A stretch of 64,000 nucleotides of DNA from contig JANPBJ010000149.1 of the NCBI GenBank assembly GCA_031430375.1, positions 16,776 through 80,775 on the forward strand, written 5' to 3'. This document shows positions 54,761 through 64,000 of this stretch, one piece after another; the stretch's first letter is position 1; the number at the start of each line of letters is the position of its first letter. The notes beneath the pieces were generated by a model. The model was given only the letters and a program-made list of their open reading frames with translations. It was not told the origin of the DNA and did not search any database. This DNA comes from Acidimicrobiia bacterium. Its GTDB lineage: Bacteria; Actinomycetota; Acidimicrobiia; IMCC26256; JAENVU01. Both the position numbers and the translations under genes were made by a program.

Positions 54761-55364
54761 GGCGTTGGATGGTCCAGCCGTCCGGTGTCAGCCTGTACGC
54801 AACGCGGTCGTGCACGCGATCATCTCGGTTGCGCCAGAACTCCAAGCGGTCAGGGTGAATGCGATAGCCACCCCAGTGCGGCGGCCGCGGGACCACTTCT
54901 GGGAACCGGGCTTCGACCGTTTCTACCTGGGCCTCGAGCGTCGCTCGATCCGCGACCACTTCACTTTGGCGTGACGCCCACGCACCGATCTGATGACCGC
55001 GGGGCCGACCAGTGAAGTACGTGTCGGACTCGGCCGCGGCAATGCGGGTCGCGAAACCCTCGATCCGGACTTGGGCATCAAGCTGGGGCCAGTAGAACAG
55101 CGCCGCGACTGGCGCGCGATCGCCCACTTCCACACCCTTGCGGCTCTCGTAGTTGGTGAAGAAGACGAAACCGCGAGCGTCGATCCCTCGCAACAGCACG
55201 ACCCGCGAGGAGGGTCGACCATCGGTGTCCACCGTGGCCACGGTCATCGCCGCCGCACGGCCATCCGTTGCTGCCACGGCGGTGTCGTACCACCGAGAGA
55301 ACTGCGCGATCGGATCCGGATCGACAGTGCGCTCATCCAAGGGATCCAACTGATTGGGGGTCAT
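54750..55364 (-). CDS. pdxH: pyridoxamine 5'-phosphate oxidase
   Basis: 204 aa. Motifs PSSRVVLLRGIDARGFVFFTNYESRKG, QVRIEG, and C-terminal EFWRNRDDRVHDRVAY...W.IQRLSP. Confidence 0.9.
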   Translation of the reverse strand: MTPNQLDPLDERTVDPDPIAQFSRWYDTAVAATDGRAAAMTVATVDTDGRPSSRVVLLRGIDARGFVFFTNYESRKGVEVGDRAPVAALFYWPQLDAQVRIEGFATRIAAAESDTYFTGRPRGHQIGAWASRQSEVVADRATLEAQVETVEARFPEVVPRPPHWGGYRIHPDRLEFWRNRDDRVHDRVAYRLTPDGWTIQRLSP

Positions 55365-55437
55365 CCCCCGACGGTACGCCGCCGCAGATGTGAGGTGGGT
55401 ACTTGCTCAAGCGGCCAGGAACCGGGAGAATCCCAGG

Positions 55438-55962
55438 ATGGGCTTTCATCACCTCGCCATCGCCACCCGTGACCTCGAAGCGAATCACACCTTCTATACC
55501 GAGGCCATGGGGTTCACGCTCGAACGCACCAGCGTCGCGCCGACCGACACCGGCGGCTGGGCGCGCCACGTGTTCTACGACACCGGGAACGGCGAAATGA
55601 TCGCGTTCTGGGATCTGCACGATCCCACGATCGGCGACTTCGAGCCATCGATCTCGCAGGGGCTCGGACTCCCGCAGTGGACGAACCACATCGCGTTCAA
55701 CGCGCCGACGATCGACGCCCTGGCCGTGGCTCGCCAACGTTGGCAGGACCACGGGCACTACGTGTACGAGATCGACCACGGCTGGTGCACGTCGATCTAC
55801 ACCACCGACCCGAACGGGATCATGGTGGAGTTCTGCACCACGACGGTCGTGGCAACCGACGCGGACCGCACCGACGCTCTCCGACTGCTGCGCGAGGTAA
55901 CACCTCAGCTCGAAGCCGCACCCACCGGCACTCTCTACTCGCCTACGCCCGCCCCGGTCTGA
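55438..55962 (+). CDS. VOC family protein (glyoxalase/dioxygenase fold)
   Basis: Track ORF 55354..55962, ATG 55438 (MGFHHLAIATRDLEANHTFYTEAMGF). Confidence 0.75.
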   Translation: MGFHHLAIATRDLEANHTFYTEAMGFTLERTSVAPTDTGGWARHVFYDTGNGEMIAFWDLHDPTIGDFEPSISQGLGLPQWTNHIAFNAPTIDALAVARQRWQDHGHYVYEIDHGWCTSIYTTDPNGIMVEFCTTTVVATDADRTDALRLLREVTPQLEAAPTGTLYSPTPAPV

Positions 55963-57167
55963 CCGCTCACTCCGGCGATGACGCCATCGGCGTGGAGCGC
56001 GGCGAGCGTCGCTGTGTCGAGATCGAGGAGCGCCACGAGCACCGCGTCAGTGTGTTCTCCCAGCGCGGGCCCGACTGTGCGGATGGCGCCCGGCGTACGC
56101 GACAGCTTCGGAACAATCCCCGTCATCGGGACCGCCCGCTCAAAACCAGCCGCCAAGCGAACGATCATCTCGCGCGCCGCAACGTGTGAATCGGCCGCGA
56201 TATCAGGTGCGGTGTTGATAAGCCCAGCCGGGATCGAGTGCGCCTCGAGCTGATGCAACACTGCGGTGGCCGGGAGGGTCACCGTCCAAGCGGCAACCTC
56301 GGAATCAAGCGCGATCTGGCCGGCCGCACGTGCGGCATGCGTGGCATACGGCGCGGCCAACTCCGGCCGATTCATCGCATCCGTGAGGCGAGCGAAGACC
56401 GCGTCGGCATTCGCGGCGATCACGACGTCACGCCCATCCGCGGTGGGATACGCGTTCGACGGTGCGACGCCGGGCAGATAACCGCCGCTGCGACCACGGA
56501 CGATTCCACCGAGCTCAAAGTCGGCAACCGTCGATTCCATGAGCGCCATCACCGCTTCGTAGATCGCCACATCCACTTCCTGGCCGAGTCCGGACCGATG
56601 CCGTTCGTTGACGGCCGCCAACGTCCCGATCACCGCGAACAGCGCCGCCAGGGCATCGCCCAAGGAGATGCCGGCCCGCGCCGGCGGACGATCCGGATCG
56701 CCGGTGGTATGACGGATCCCACCCATCGCTTCGCCGATGGCGCCGAACCCTGGCTCGTGGGCCCGTGGCCCGTCCTGACCGAAACCGGACACGTGCGTGA
56801 GAATCAGGCGCGGGTTCACGGCACTCAGCGCGTCGTATCCAAGCCCCCACTTCGCCAAGGTCCCAGGCTTGAAGTTCTCGATCACCACGTCGCAGCGGCC
56901 GGTGAGCGACCGCACCAAGTCCCGGCCCCGGTCGCTGCGAAGGTCGATCGCGATCGATTGCTTGTTGCGTGCGATCGCCGGCCACCACAACGAGCGACCG
57001 TCGAGCGTTACCCCCCACCCGCGCATCGGGTCACCCGATCCCGGCGCCTCGACCTTGATCACCTCGGCCCCGAGGTCACCCAACAGCTGTGCCGCGAACG
57101 GGCCCGCGATGAATGAACCGAGTTCGAGTACTCGCAGACCGGCGAGCGGCGGTGATGCGTCCGTCAC
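55935..57167 (-). CDS. family III CoA-transferase (CaiB/BaiF)
   Basis: 410 aa with a GTG start. Motifs LRVLELGSFIAGPFAAQLLGDLGAEVIKVE, VVIENFKPG, and the catalytic Asp region. Confidence 0.85.
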   Translation of the reverse strand: MTDASPPLAGLRVLELGSFIAGPFAAQLLGDLGAEVIKVEAPGSGDPMRGWGVTLDGRSLWWPAIARNKQSIAIDLRSDRGRDLVRSLTGRCDVVIENFKPGTLAKWGLGYDALSAVNPRLILTHVSGFGQDGPRAHEPGFGAIGEAMGGIRHTTGDPDRPPARAGISLGDALAALFAVIGTLAAVNERHRSGLGQEVDVAIYEAVMALMESTVADFELGGIVRGRSGGYLPGVAPSNAYPTADGRDVVIAANADAVFARLTDAMNRPELAAPYATHAARAAGQIALDSEVAAWTVTLPATAVLHQLEAHSIPAGLINTAPDIAADSHVAAREMIVRLAAGFERAVPMTGIVPKLSRTPGAIRTVGPALGEHTDAVLVALLDLDTATLAALHADGVIAGVSGQTGAGVGE

Positions 57168-57188
57168 AGCCGCCTAGCCTGCCACTTC

Positions 57189-58424
57189 ATGCCACGCGCA
57201 CCCGCCACTCGGATCGGTCGCTACGAGAATCCATACCTGGTGGCGGAGTGGCACCGGGATCCGCCCTCGGGAACGCACTGCACCGCGCTGGTCCTCGAGA
57301 CTCAGGACCATGCGATCGCGCACGGGTGGCTTTACGCCCGCGGTGGCGAGTCCACCGTGGCGGTGCTGATGCACCCGCGGGCCAACTTCTCGCACCACTA
57401 CGTGACACCAGGCCTGCTCGAAGCGGGAATCGCCGTGCTCAACGTCACGAGTCGTTGGCTCAATAACGATGCAACGTTGATTCACGAACAGGTGTTGCTC
57501 GACGCGGCGGCCGCCGTCTCCGCCGCCCGGGCACGGTACGAACAGGTTGTGCTCATCGGCAACAGCGGTGGCGCGTCGCTGTTCACGTTCTACCTCCATC
57601 AAGCGCATGCTCCTTCCGGGGCGCGCCTCACCCACACCGCGGCAGGCGACCCCTTCGACCTCAACCAGTTCGAGCTTCCCGGTGCGGATGCGATGGTGTA
57701 TCTCGCCGGTCATGCAGGTGAGGGGCACTACCTGCTCCACGCCATCGACCCTTCGGTCACCGATGAGAACGATCCCATATCGTGCGATCCTGAACTCGAT
57801 CTGTACGACCCCCGCAACGGCTTCGTGGAGCCACCAGGCCTTTCTCGATACGCGCATGCGTTTCTCGGCCGATATCGCGCGGCCCAGCGCGCGCGCGTCG
57901 AACGGATCGACGCCCACGCCCGCGAACTCGTCGCGGCGAAGCGGGCGGCGAAGGCCGCCTGGGCCGAGGGCCGGAACACCAAAGATCGTCGCGCTTCGAT
58001 CGCGACGCATTTCCTGCACGTTTACCGGACCGACGCCGACCCACGGGCCGTTGATCTGTCCTTGGACCCGTCGGCGCGCGACTACGGGTCGTTGTGGGGA
58101 CGGCGGCCGGATTGGATCAACTACGGAGCCGTGGGATTCGGGCGAGTGGTCGCACCCGAGGCGTGGCTGTCCACCTGGTCCGGACTTTCATCTCAGGCGG
58201 AGATCTCGGTCACGGGAAGCCGCATGACGCTCCCGGCGCTGCAGGTGGTCTACTCCGGCGACAACTGCATCTATCCCTCGGACGATGAACTGATCGCCTC
58301 ATCGCTCGCGACCACGCGGCTCGACCATGCCAGCGTCGACGGCGATCACTATGGCTTTCCGGCCGAGGCCGGACGCGACCCCGCGACCCGCATCGTGGCC
58401 GACTGGATCACGGCTCAGTCATGA
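57189..58424 (+). CDS. alpha/beta-hydrolase-fold protein
   Basis: 411 aa with nucleophile-elbow-like VVLIGNSGGAS. No closer family recognised. Confidence 0.55.
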   Translation: MPRAPATRIGRYENPYLVAEWHRDPPSGTHCTALVLETQDHAIAHGWLYARGGESTVAVLMHPRANFSHHYVTPGLLEAGIAVLNVTSRWLNNDATLIHEQVLLDAAAAVSAARARYEQVVLIGNSGGASLFTFYLHQAHAPSGARLTHTAAGDPFDLNQFELPGADAMVYLAGHAGEGHYLLHAIDPSVTDENDPISCDPELDLYDPRNGFVEPPGLSRYAHAFLGRYRAAQRARVERIDAHARELVAAKRAAKAAWAEGRNTKDRRASIATHFLHVYRTDADPRAVDLSLDPSARDYGSLWGRRPDWINYGAVGFGRVVAPEAWLSTWSGLSSQAEISVTGSRMTLPALQVVYSGDNCIYPSDDELIASSLATTRLDHASVDGDHYGFPAEAGRDPATRIVADWITAQS

Positions 58425-59314
58425 AGGTTCGGATCGGGTACGGGTTCGGCGCGCAACGCGGGTTCACCGCCGCAGGTTTCGCGGTGATGGTCGACGCTCT
58501 CGAGGCACTCGGATTCGATTCACTTTGGCTTTCCGAACGTATCAACGCGGAGGCACCCGACCCTGTCATTGGTCTCGCCGTCGCGGCCGGTCGCACCTCG
58601 CGCATGAAGCTCGGCACGAGCGTGCAAGTACTCCCCGGTCGCAACCCGGCGGTGCTCGCCAAGGAACTCGCGAGCCTCGACGTCCTCTCGGGCGGGCGCT
58701 TCCTTCCCGCGTTCGGACTCGGAATAGCGCACCCCGCCGAGCAGCAGGCATTCGGGATCGAGCGGTCCGAGCGCGCCGCGTGGTTCGAGGAAGCCCTTCC
58801 GCTCCTGCGCCGCATGTGGACCGAGGACGCCGTCGATCACGACGGAGACCGATTCCACTACGAGCAGTTGCGAGTTCGGCCCCACCCCCTCCAGCAACCC
58901 TTCGACGTCTGGCTCGGTGGTCGCGCGCCGGGAGAACTTCGCCGCGTTGGTCGATTGGCCGATGGATGGCTGGCGTCGTTCTCGATGCCGGCCGAGTGTG
59001 CCAAGGGCCGGGACGCGATCGATGAAACCGCCGCGGCGAATAATCGGGCGATCGATCCGGAACACTTCGGCGCGATGGTCTTCTACTCTGACGGACCCGT
59101 ACCCGAACCGATCCAGAAATTGATCGCGGCGCGCTCCCCGGACACCGACCCAGAAGACCTGGTGCCCGGAAGCCCCGGCGCGCTGGCGACCCGACTTCAG
59201 GAATACATCGACGTCGGCTTCTCGAAACTCGTCCTCGTGCCATTGCACAGCCCCGATGACTGGATCGCCGAACTCGAACCGTTGGCCCGAGACCTGCTGA
59301 CACTCCAGAGTTGA
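58421..59314 (+). CDS. LLM-class F420-dependent oxidoreductase
   Basis: 297 aa with an ATGA overlap onto the upstream gene. Sequence MKVRIGYGFG...FDSLWLSERI...FGLGIAHPAE. Confidence 0.8.
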   Translation: MKVRIGYGFGAQRGFTAAGFAVMVDALEALGFDSLWLSERINAEAPDPVIGLAVAAGRTSRMKLGTSVQVLPGRNPAVLAKELASLDVLSGGRFLPAFGLGIAHPAEQQAFGIERSERAAWFEEALPLLRRMWTEDAVDHDGDRFHYEQLRVRPHPLQQPFDVWLGGRAPGELRRVGRLADGWLASFSMPAECAKGRDAIDETAAANNRAIDPEHFGAMVFYSDGPVPEPIQKLIAARSPDTDPEDLVPGSPGALATRLQEYIDVGFSKLVLVPLHSPDDWIAELEPLARDLLTLQS

Positions 59315-59336
59315 GCCAACAACGCCGGTGGCGCGG

Positions 59337-60230
59337 CTAGGGCGCGGCGGGGGTAATCGGCGGATGGCCCGGGAGATCGTCATGATCTCCGGCCACAAAA
59401 GGCGAGCGCGCCAAGCGAATCACCCCGACCAGCATCACCACTACCGCCATCCCGACGATCCCATATTGCAACAGTCCGTGGGCCTTGAGCTGCTCCTCGA
59501 AGATGAACACGCCGAGGAATGACGACAAGATCGGATTCGTCACCGCGAGGGCCGGGAGTGATGCCGCAAGGTGGCCGGCATTGAACGCGCTCTGGTTCAA
59601 GATCAGCCCGCCAATAGCGAACACTGCGAGCGCGTAGACCGGCCAACGCTGGAACAACGACGCAACGCTGTGGTCTTCGAGTATTCCCACAACCTGCTTC
59701 GTGAGCGCGGCAGTACAGGCGTAACAGGCGCCGGTCGCGACCCCCAGGCCGAGCGCTCGGTTATGCGGTTGGGCGCCCCGCGTGACCAGCACCATCAAGA
59801 CCACGATAAGGACGCAGAACCCAAAACCCGCAGCCCACTCCCAACTCGTGGCGTTCCGTGTCCCTCCAACGGGCTCGCCCACTCCAAGGAAGACCGCGAT
59901 CCCCACGGCGACGGCCGCCGCGGCCAACCATTCCGAACGCCCGGGCCGCGACACCTTTCCGATCGCGGAAAGTGGCAGTGCGAAGAGGAGTCCGCTCACC
60001 ATCAACGTCTGCACGACCACCAGCGATCCCACGGAGAGGGCTGCGGCTTCGAGGAAGTAGGCGGCGAAATCGAGACCGACCCCGAAGAGCCACATCGGAT
60101 GTTTGATCAGGACGAGGAGCAGACCGGGCCGCAGCGACATGTGCTCGGGCGCGGCGGCCGCAACCTTGTGTTGGAAGACTGACGCGATGGCGTAACACAG
60201 ACCCGCTCCGAGCGCGAAGACAAATACCAT
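59337..60230 (-). CDS. DMT-like polytopic membrane protein
   Basis: 297 aa with about 9-10 hydrophobic segments. Weak resemblance to drug/metabolite transporter (EamA-like) repeats. Confidence 0.55.
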   Translation of the reverse strand: MVFVFALGAGLCYAIASVFQHKVAAAAPEHMSLRPGLLLVLIKHPMWLFGVGLDFAAYFLEAAALSVGSLVVVQTLMVSGLLFALPLSAIGKVSRPGRSEWLAAAAVAVGIAVFLGVGEPVGGTRNATSWEWAAGFGFCVLIVVLMVLVTRGAQPHNRALGLGVATGACYACTAALTKQVVGILEDHSVASLFQRWPVYALAVFAIGGLILNQSAFNAGHLAASLPALAVTNPILSSFLGVFIFEEQLKAHGLLQYGIVGMAVVVMLVGVIRLARSPFVAGDHDDLPGHPPITPAAP

Positions 60231-60235
60231 TTCAG

Positions 60236-60991
60236 TTAGGCCGCAAAGCGTTCTGCGATCGAGATCCCGTGTTCGCCCACCGGCCCGACGCGAAGCGACC
60301 GGTCCGAAAGTTCAGCCGCTAGTGCGGGAAGGGCGTGAAGGGTCGAGTGCCAACACTCCGGCGCAGATGTGCAATCGGAATCGTGTAATAAGACGGTTCC
60401 GCCATCGAGATACCCACCTAAGACATCAGCAACCACCGACTCGGGTGTCGACTCTGCGCGCCAGTCGCGACCCCAAGCGGTCCAGAGCACCGTGCGCAAT
60501 CCCACCCGCCGCGCGCCGCGCACTCCGCCCAAGGACAACGTGCCATAGGGCGGCCGAAACCACACCGGCATGACGCCGGACGCATCGGCCACCGAGTCCC
60601 GCGCGCGGGCGATGTCGTCCGCGACCACGCGTGGCGACAGCCGCAGCTGCGATCGGTGGATGTGACCGTGGACGCCAACCTCGTGGCCCGCAGCCACGAC
60701 CTCGGCCGCGAGGCCGGGCGCACGCCGGGCCATATCTCCCAACATGAAGAACGTGGCATGCCAGCCGAGGGTGTCGAGGACACGGAGAAACTCTGGGGTC
60801 GAAGACGGGTCCGGACCGTCGTCGAAGGTGAGGGCCACGTGCCCCGTTTCGCCGACTCCGGCGAGTCCGGGTGAGAGGTAACGGCCAATCGGCGAGAGCG
60901 CTACCAGAGACGGCGCCGCGTGGATCGCGAGTCCGGCGGCGACGACTGCGCCCGCTCCGGCTCCCGCGATGACGACCGGGTGGACGTTCAT
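60236..60991 (-). CDS. polysaccharide deacetylase (NodB homology domain)
   Basis: Track ORF 60236..61336. ATG 60991 overlaps the upstream stop (ATGA). N-terminal TM, then NodB motifs LTFDDGP, HEVGVHGHIH, RPPYG. Confidence 0.8.
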   Translation of the reverse strand: MNVHPVVIAGAGAGAVVAAGLAIHAAPSLVALSPIGRYLSPGLAGVGETGHVALTFDDGPDPSSTPEFLRVLDTLGWHATFFMLGDMARRAPGLAAEVVAAGHEVGVHGHIHRSQLRLSPRVVADDIARARDSVADASGVMPVWFRPPYGTLSLGGVRGARRVGLRTVLWTAWGRDWRAESTPESVVADVLGGYLDGGTVLLHDSDCTSAPECWHSTLHALPALAAELSDRSLRVGPVGEHGISIAERFAA

Positions 60992-62763
60992 CGGAGCTCC
61001 GACAATGGTGAGGAAACCAGATTCTCGTCCGCGAGCTGACGCTCGAGGACGCCCAATGCGTTGCGGGTTGCTTCCACGGTAGATCCGCGCCCATCCAACA
61101 CGTAGATTCCGCGATCGCGCAACACGGCCGGAAGCGTCTCCGGCTCGATCAAGTAGTCGGGCCGCACGAGGCGTTGGCCGCGGCGGCGGGCGTAGATCTG
61201 ATCGAATGCATCGAAGCGCCGACCCGGTACGAACTCCAGAACCTTTGCGCCCGAGACAGTCTTCGTAATCGCATCCGTCGACTGCACCACGTCGGTCGCG
61301 GCACGCAAGAGCCGAAACGGTCGGCCCTGACCCCATCCGCCGTTGCCGAGGTCGACCTCACGATCAACCAAGGCCTGGACCGCCGAACCATTTGACGCCT
61401 GCGCAATCTCCCCATCGAGAATTGCAGTCGCGTGCATCCGGTCGAGGACGGCTCGGATCGCCGGGTGCTCGACCTCTGCCTTGCTGAGGCGTACGCCGAA
61501 AAAAACCTTGTGGTGGGCCGCATGTGGCGGTTCAGCCACACCGATTCCGAACGCCGAGATGCCTTGCGCTCCGAGGGTCAACAACCCGTACATCGCCAAC
61601 GTCACCAACGTGAGCACGCGCAGGCGATGCGGCAGCTTCGGCATTTGGACCGGCATCTCGATTCCATCGCGCAGGCGGCGAGCCGCCTCTGCCACAACAT
61701 CGTCGGTTGCGTCACCCGCGAACAATGCGTGGGCCCGAGCGATCTGTTCCTGGTGGGCGACGCTCGGACGACACAGGTCGGTCAACGCGACTCGTAACTC
61801 ACCTGTGGTGCGGGCGTAGCGGCTGACGCCGATCGCCGACATGCCTTCCGCGTTATCGCGGCCATGGCCGGCGATCGGCAGGAAGGTCACCACGGGCAAC
61901 CCAACTGCGAACGCCTCATTCGCGGTCAGGCCTCCGGCATTCTCAACCATCACGTCGCAGGCAGCCATCAGGCGAGGCATGTCGTCGGTCCAACCGAGGA
62001 TCGAACCTCTGCCGCGCCGTTCGAGTACATCCTTGAGGGCGGTATCGCGAGCGCACACCACGACCGGGTGGAAATCCCCGGCCGCGCAGATCGCGTCGTA
62101 GGTCCCGGTGACGTCACCGACCCCCCAGGATCCGGCCACCACCAGCACCGCGCGCATGTCGTCGGTCAGCCCGAGCTCCGCGCGACCGGTAGCTCGGATG
62201 GAGGCGCCGGCAGGGAGAAACCGATCCGCCACAAGCGGTCCCGGCGCGCGGGCGTCTTCTCCACCGCGTCGGCGCGCGGTGGCGGCCGCGAACTCGCTCG
62301 TTGCGAGATGCACATCCACGTGGGGGTGTACCCACAATGGATGGATCGCAAAGTCAGTGAGGTACGTCATGACGGGAACCTTGAGCCAACGCTTCTTGCG
62401 CATGTTCCCGAGCACCAGGGATGACAACGGATAGGTGGACACCACAACGTCGGCGTCGGTCTCCGAGATGGCCCGGCGGATGCGGCGTCCCGCAATCAAC
62501 GTGTCGAGCCGAACGATGAAACCCCACGCCGAGGGCATCTTGTACCAGAGCCGGTAGGTGAGCTCGTAGCTCCAGGGTGCTACCCGCAATTGGACGAGGT
62601 AGCTTCACCTGATGAACCAGCCAATGCCGAACGGACAACAGTCGAGAAAGTCGACAACCCGCACGACGTGTCCCTGTGCTTCCAGCCGCTTTCGAAGCTC
62701 GTGCGCCGCGCCATCGTGGCCGGCGCCCATCGACGCAGAAATGATCAGAATCCGCCGGGCCAT
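60988..62763 (-). pseudogene. GT28 MGDG-synthase/UgtP-like glycosyltransferase fused to a C-terminal TM plus NodB-like domain, interrupted by an in-frame TGA
   Basis: Track ORFs 62605..62844 (N-terminus MARRILIISASMGAGHDGAAHEL from ATG 62763) and 60988..62589 are in the same frame, separated only by TGA at 62605..62607 (…GIGWFIR*SYLVQLRVAPWSYELTY…). Confidence 0.7.
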
Positions 62764-62882
62764 GGAAGGCCGAGCGTACTGCGCACCCTGAGATATTTGG
62801 TGGTTCTCTTGACGCGTGCGGGAGCGGGATTCGAGGCCGTGCACACTCCGTCACGCTCGACCCGCGACCAGGATGCGACTCG

Positions 62883-63899
62883 CTACCAGCCGAGGATCGC
62901 GCCGGCGATCATGCCGAGGATCAGCAGCCCACCGGCCCGACGGGTGAGCAGAAACGAGTGGGGCGCAAACCACAGCGGCCAGACCGGATTTGGCATCGGT
63001 GACTCGGCCGGCTTCGGCTCGCCGTAGGTCTTCCAGACGCGCACCAAGAGCGGGATCGACGCGAAGACCAGGAGTGTGGCGACGGGGAGGATCTGGGCGA
63101 TGACCAGGCCAACGGTCATCGCGTAAAACGCTACGAACATGGCGCGGGTGACCTGGCGCGCCGGACGGTCGCCAAGGATAACGGGCAGGGTGCGGGTGCC
63201 CGCCGGACCATCCCACGGTGCCTTGTCGATGTGCTTTCCCATGAGGACGGTGGTGCACAGGATCGCGTAGGGCAGCGACGCCAGGATTACCGCGCCGGGA
63301 ATCGCGCCGGTGGCCGCGTAATACACGCCGCCGACCATCAGCGGACCCCACACGACCACGACCGTGGGCTCGCCGAGCCCGCGCTTCTTGAGCCGAATCG
63401 GCGGCGCGGTGTAGGCGGCGGAGAGCACAAACCCGCCGAGCGCGAAGCCGATGATCGCGGGACCGCGTTCGATCGTCAGGCAGATCATGATCCCAAGACA
63501 CAGAACGTTGACGACCAGCGCATATACCGCTAGGCGGCCGCGGGTGACCACGCCCGAGATCACAGGGTGCGGCGAGTAGAGGTTACGCGGGTAGTCCTTC
63601 GTATCCGTGCCCACTTCAAGGTCGAAGAGGTCGTTCATGATGTTGTTCGCCATGTGTGCGAGCACAATGCCCGCACCGGCAACCACGAACAGGCCCCAGT
63701 GCACATCGGCGCCGCGAAATACGGCGAGCAGACCCGCAAGTCCCGCTGCGACCAGTGTCATCGGCAGGACACCCGCTCGGGTCAACCACAACCATTTCGA
63801 CACCGGGTCGAGTTTGCCCTTGGGTGGGTTCGTGGTCGCGAGAACATAGAGCCACTTCTTCGGGAGGCTCTCACGACGATCGAGCGCAGCGTCGGTCAT
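62883..63899 (-). CDS. UbiA-family prenyltransferase (MenA-like)
   Basis: Track ORF 62883..63947. The likely start is ATG 63899. Polytopic, with the Asp-rich motif NNIMNDLFDLEVGTD and a second conserved region. Confidence 0.8.
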   Translation of the reverse strand: MTDAALDRRESLPKKWLYVLATTNPPKGKLDPVSKWLWLTRAGVLPMTLVAAGLAGLLAVFRGADVHWGLFVVAGAGIVLAHMANNIMNDLFDLEVGTDTKDYPRNLYSPHPVISGVVTRGRLAVYALVVNVLCLGIMICLTIERGPAIIGFALGGFVLSAAYTAPPIRLKKRGLGEPTVVVVWGPLMVGGVYYAATGAIPGAVILASLPYAILCTTVLMGKHIDKAPWDGPAGTRTLPVILGDRPARQVTRAMFVAFYAMTVGLVIAQILPVATLLVFASIPLLVRVWKTYGEPKPAESPMPNPVWPLWFAPHSFLLTRRAGGLLILGMIAGAILGW

Positions 63900-64000
63900 G
63901 GGTCCGAGGCTACCGCTGAGCGCGCTGCCCACGTCACCCTCGCGCAACGAGAGACCACCCGTTCAACCGCCATAGTTCATCCGGGTGTCCTCCATCCTCA

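Noticed and set aside
62605-62607. In-frame TGA in the GT28 gene considered as selenocysteine or programmed recoding.
   Set aside because: I could see no SECIS-like stem-loop immediately downstream. The aligned position in the family is not a catalytic Cys. TGA is the normal stop for most genes in this window. A nonsense mutation or sequencing error is more parsimonious.

Overview
High-GC actinobacterial-type chromosomal window, densely coded: about 60 credible CDS, many with ATGA/GTGA start-stop overlaps. I saw no rRNA, tRNA, CRISPR array, transposase or integrase. All family assignments come from reading the translated ORFs and recognising motifs; no searches were run.

Gene content, left to right:
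- Partial GH2 beta-galactosidase that runs off the 5' edge and is missing from the ORF track.
- Acyl-CoA dehydrogenase alpha/beta pair plus a thiolase.
- Secreted PKD-domain protein with five C-terminal repeats of about 47 aa.
- FadD / SCP-x thiolase / DUF35 trio.
- Five-gene peptide-type ABC importer plus a neocarzinostatin-fold lipoprotein.
- Sugar operon: GH4, NagB-like, Gfo/Idh/MocA, and a truncated ThuA.
- echA20-ipdA-ipdB-ipdC-like operon for steroid ring C/D (HIP) degradation, with fadE30/ipdF-like partners.
- Copper (TPQ) amine oxidase and a formaldehyde-activating-enzyme (Fae)-like gene.
- Class E sortase.
- TPP riboswitch followed by a thiamine pyrophosphokinase and thiBPQ operon.
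- M14 carboxypeptidase.
- Amino-acid catabolic genes: class III aminotransferase, Leu/Val dehydrogenase, Rieske oxygenase.
- msrB, then an OmpR-type two-component system translationally coupled to ribB.
- pdxH and a family III CoA-transferase.
- Envelope cluster: a GT28 glycosyltransferase interrupted by an in-frame TGA, a polysaccharide deacetylase and a UbiA prenyltransferase.

The most unusual signals are non-coding or structural:
1. A 40-53 nt sense-oriented leader element fused to the ribosome-binding site of four genes.
2. An interspersed repeat of about 100 nt (TTGTCGGATA box plus a covarying hairpin). Inverted copies bracket a 15.6 kb segment and abut a truncated gene.
3. Two copies of an exactly 50 nt AT-stemmed hairpin.
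4. A 15 bp tandem repeat that encodes the C-terminal tails of two convergently overlapping genes on both strands.
5. An Fae-like gene near an amine oxidase and a Mer-family (LLM) oxidoreductase in an actinobacterial context.
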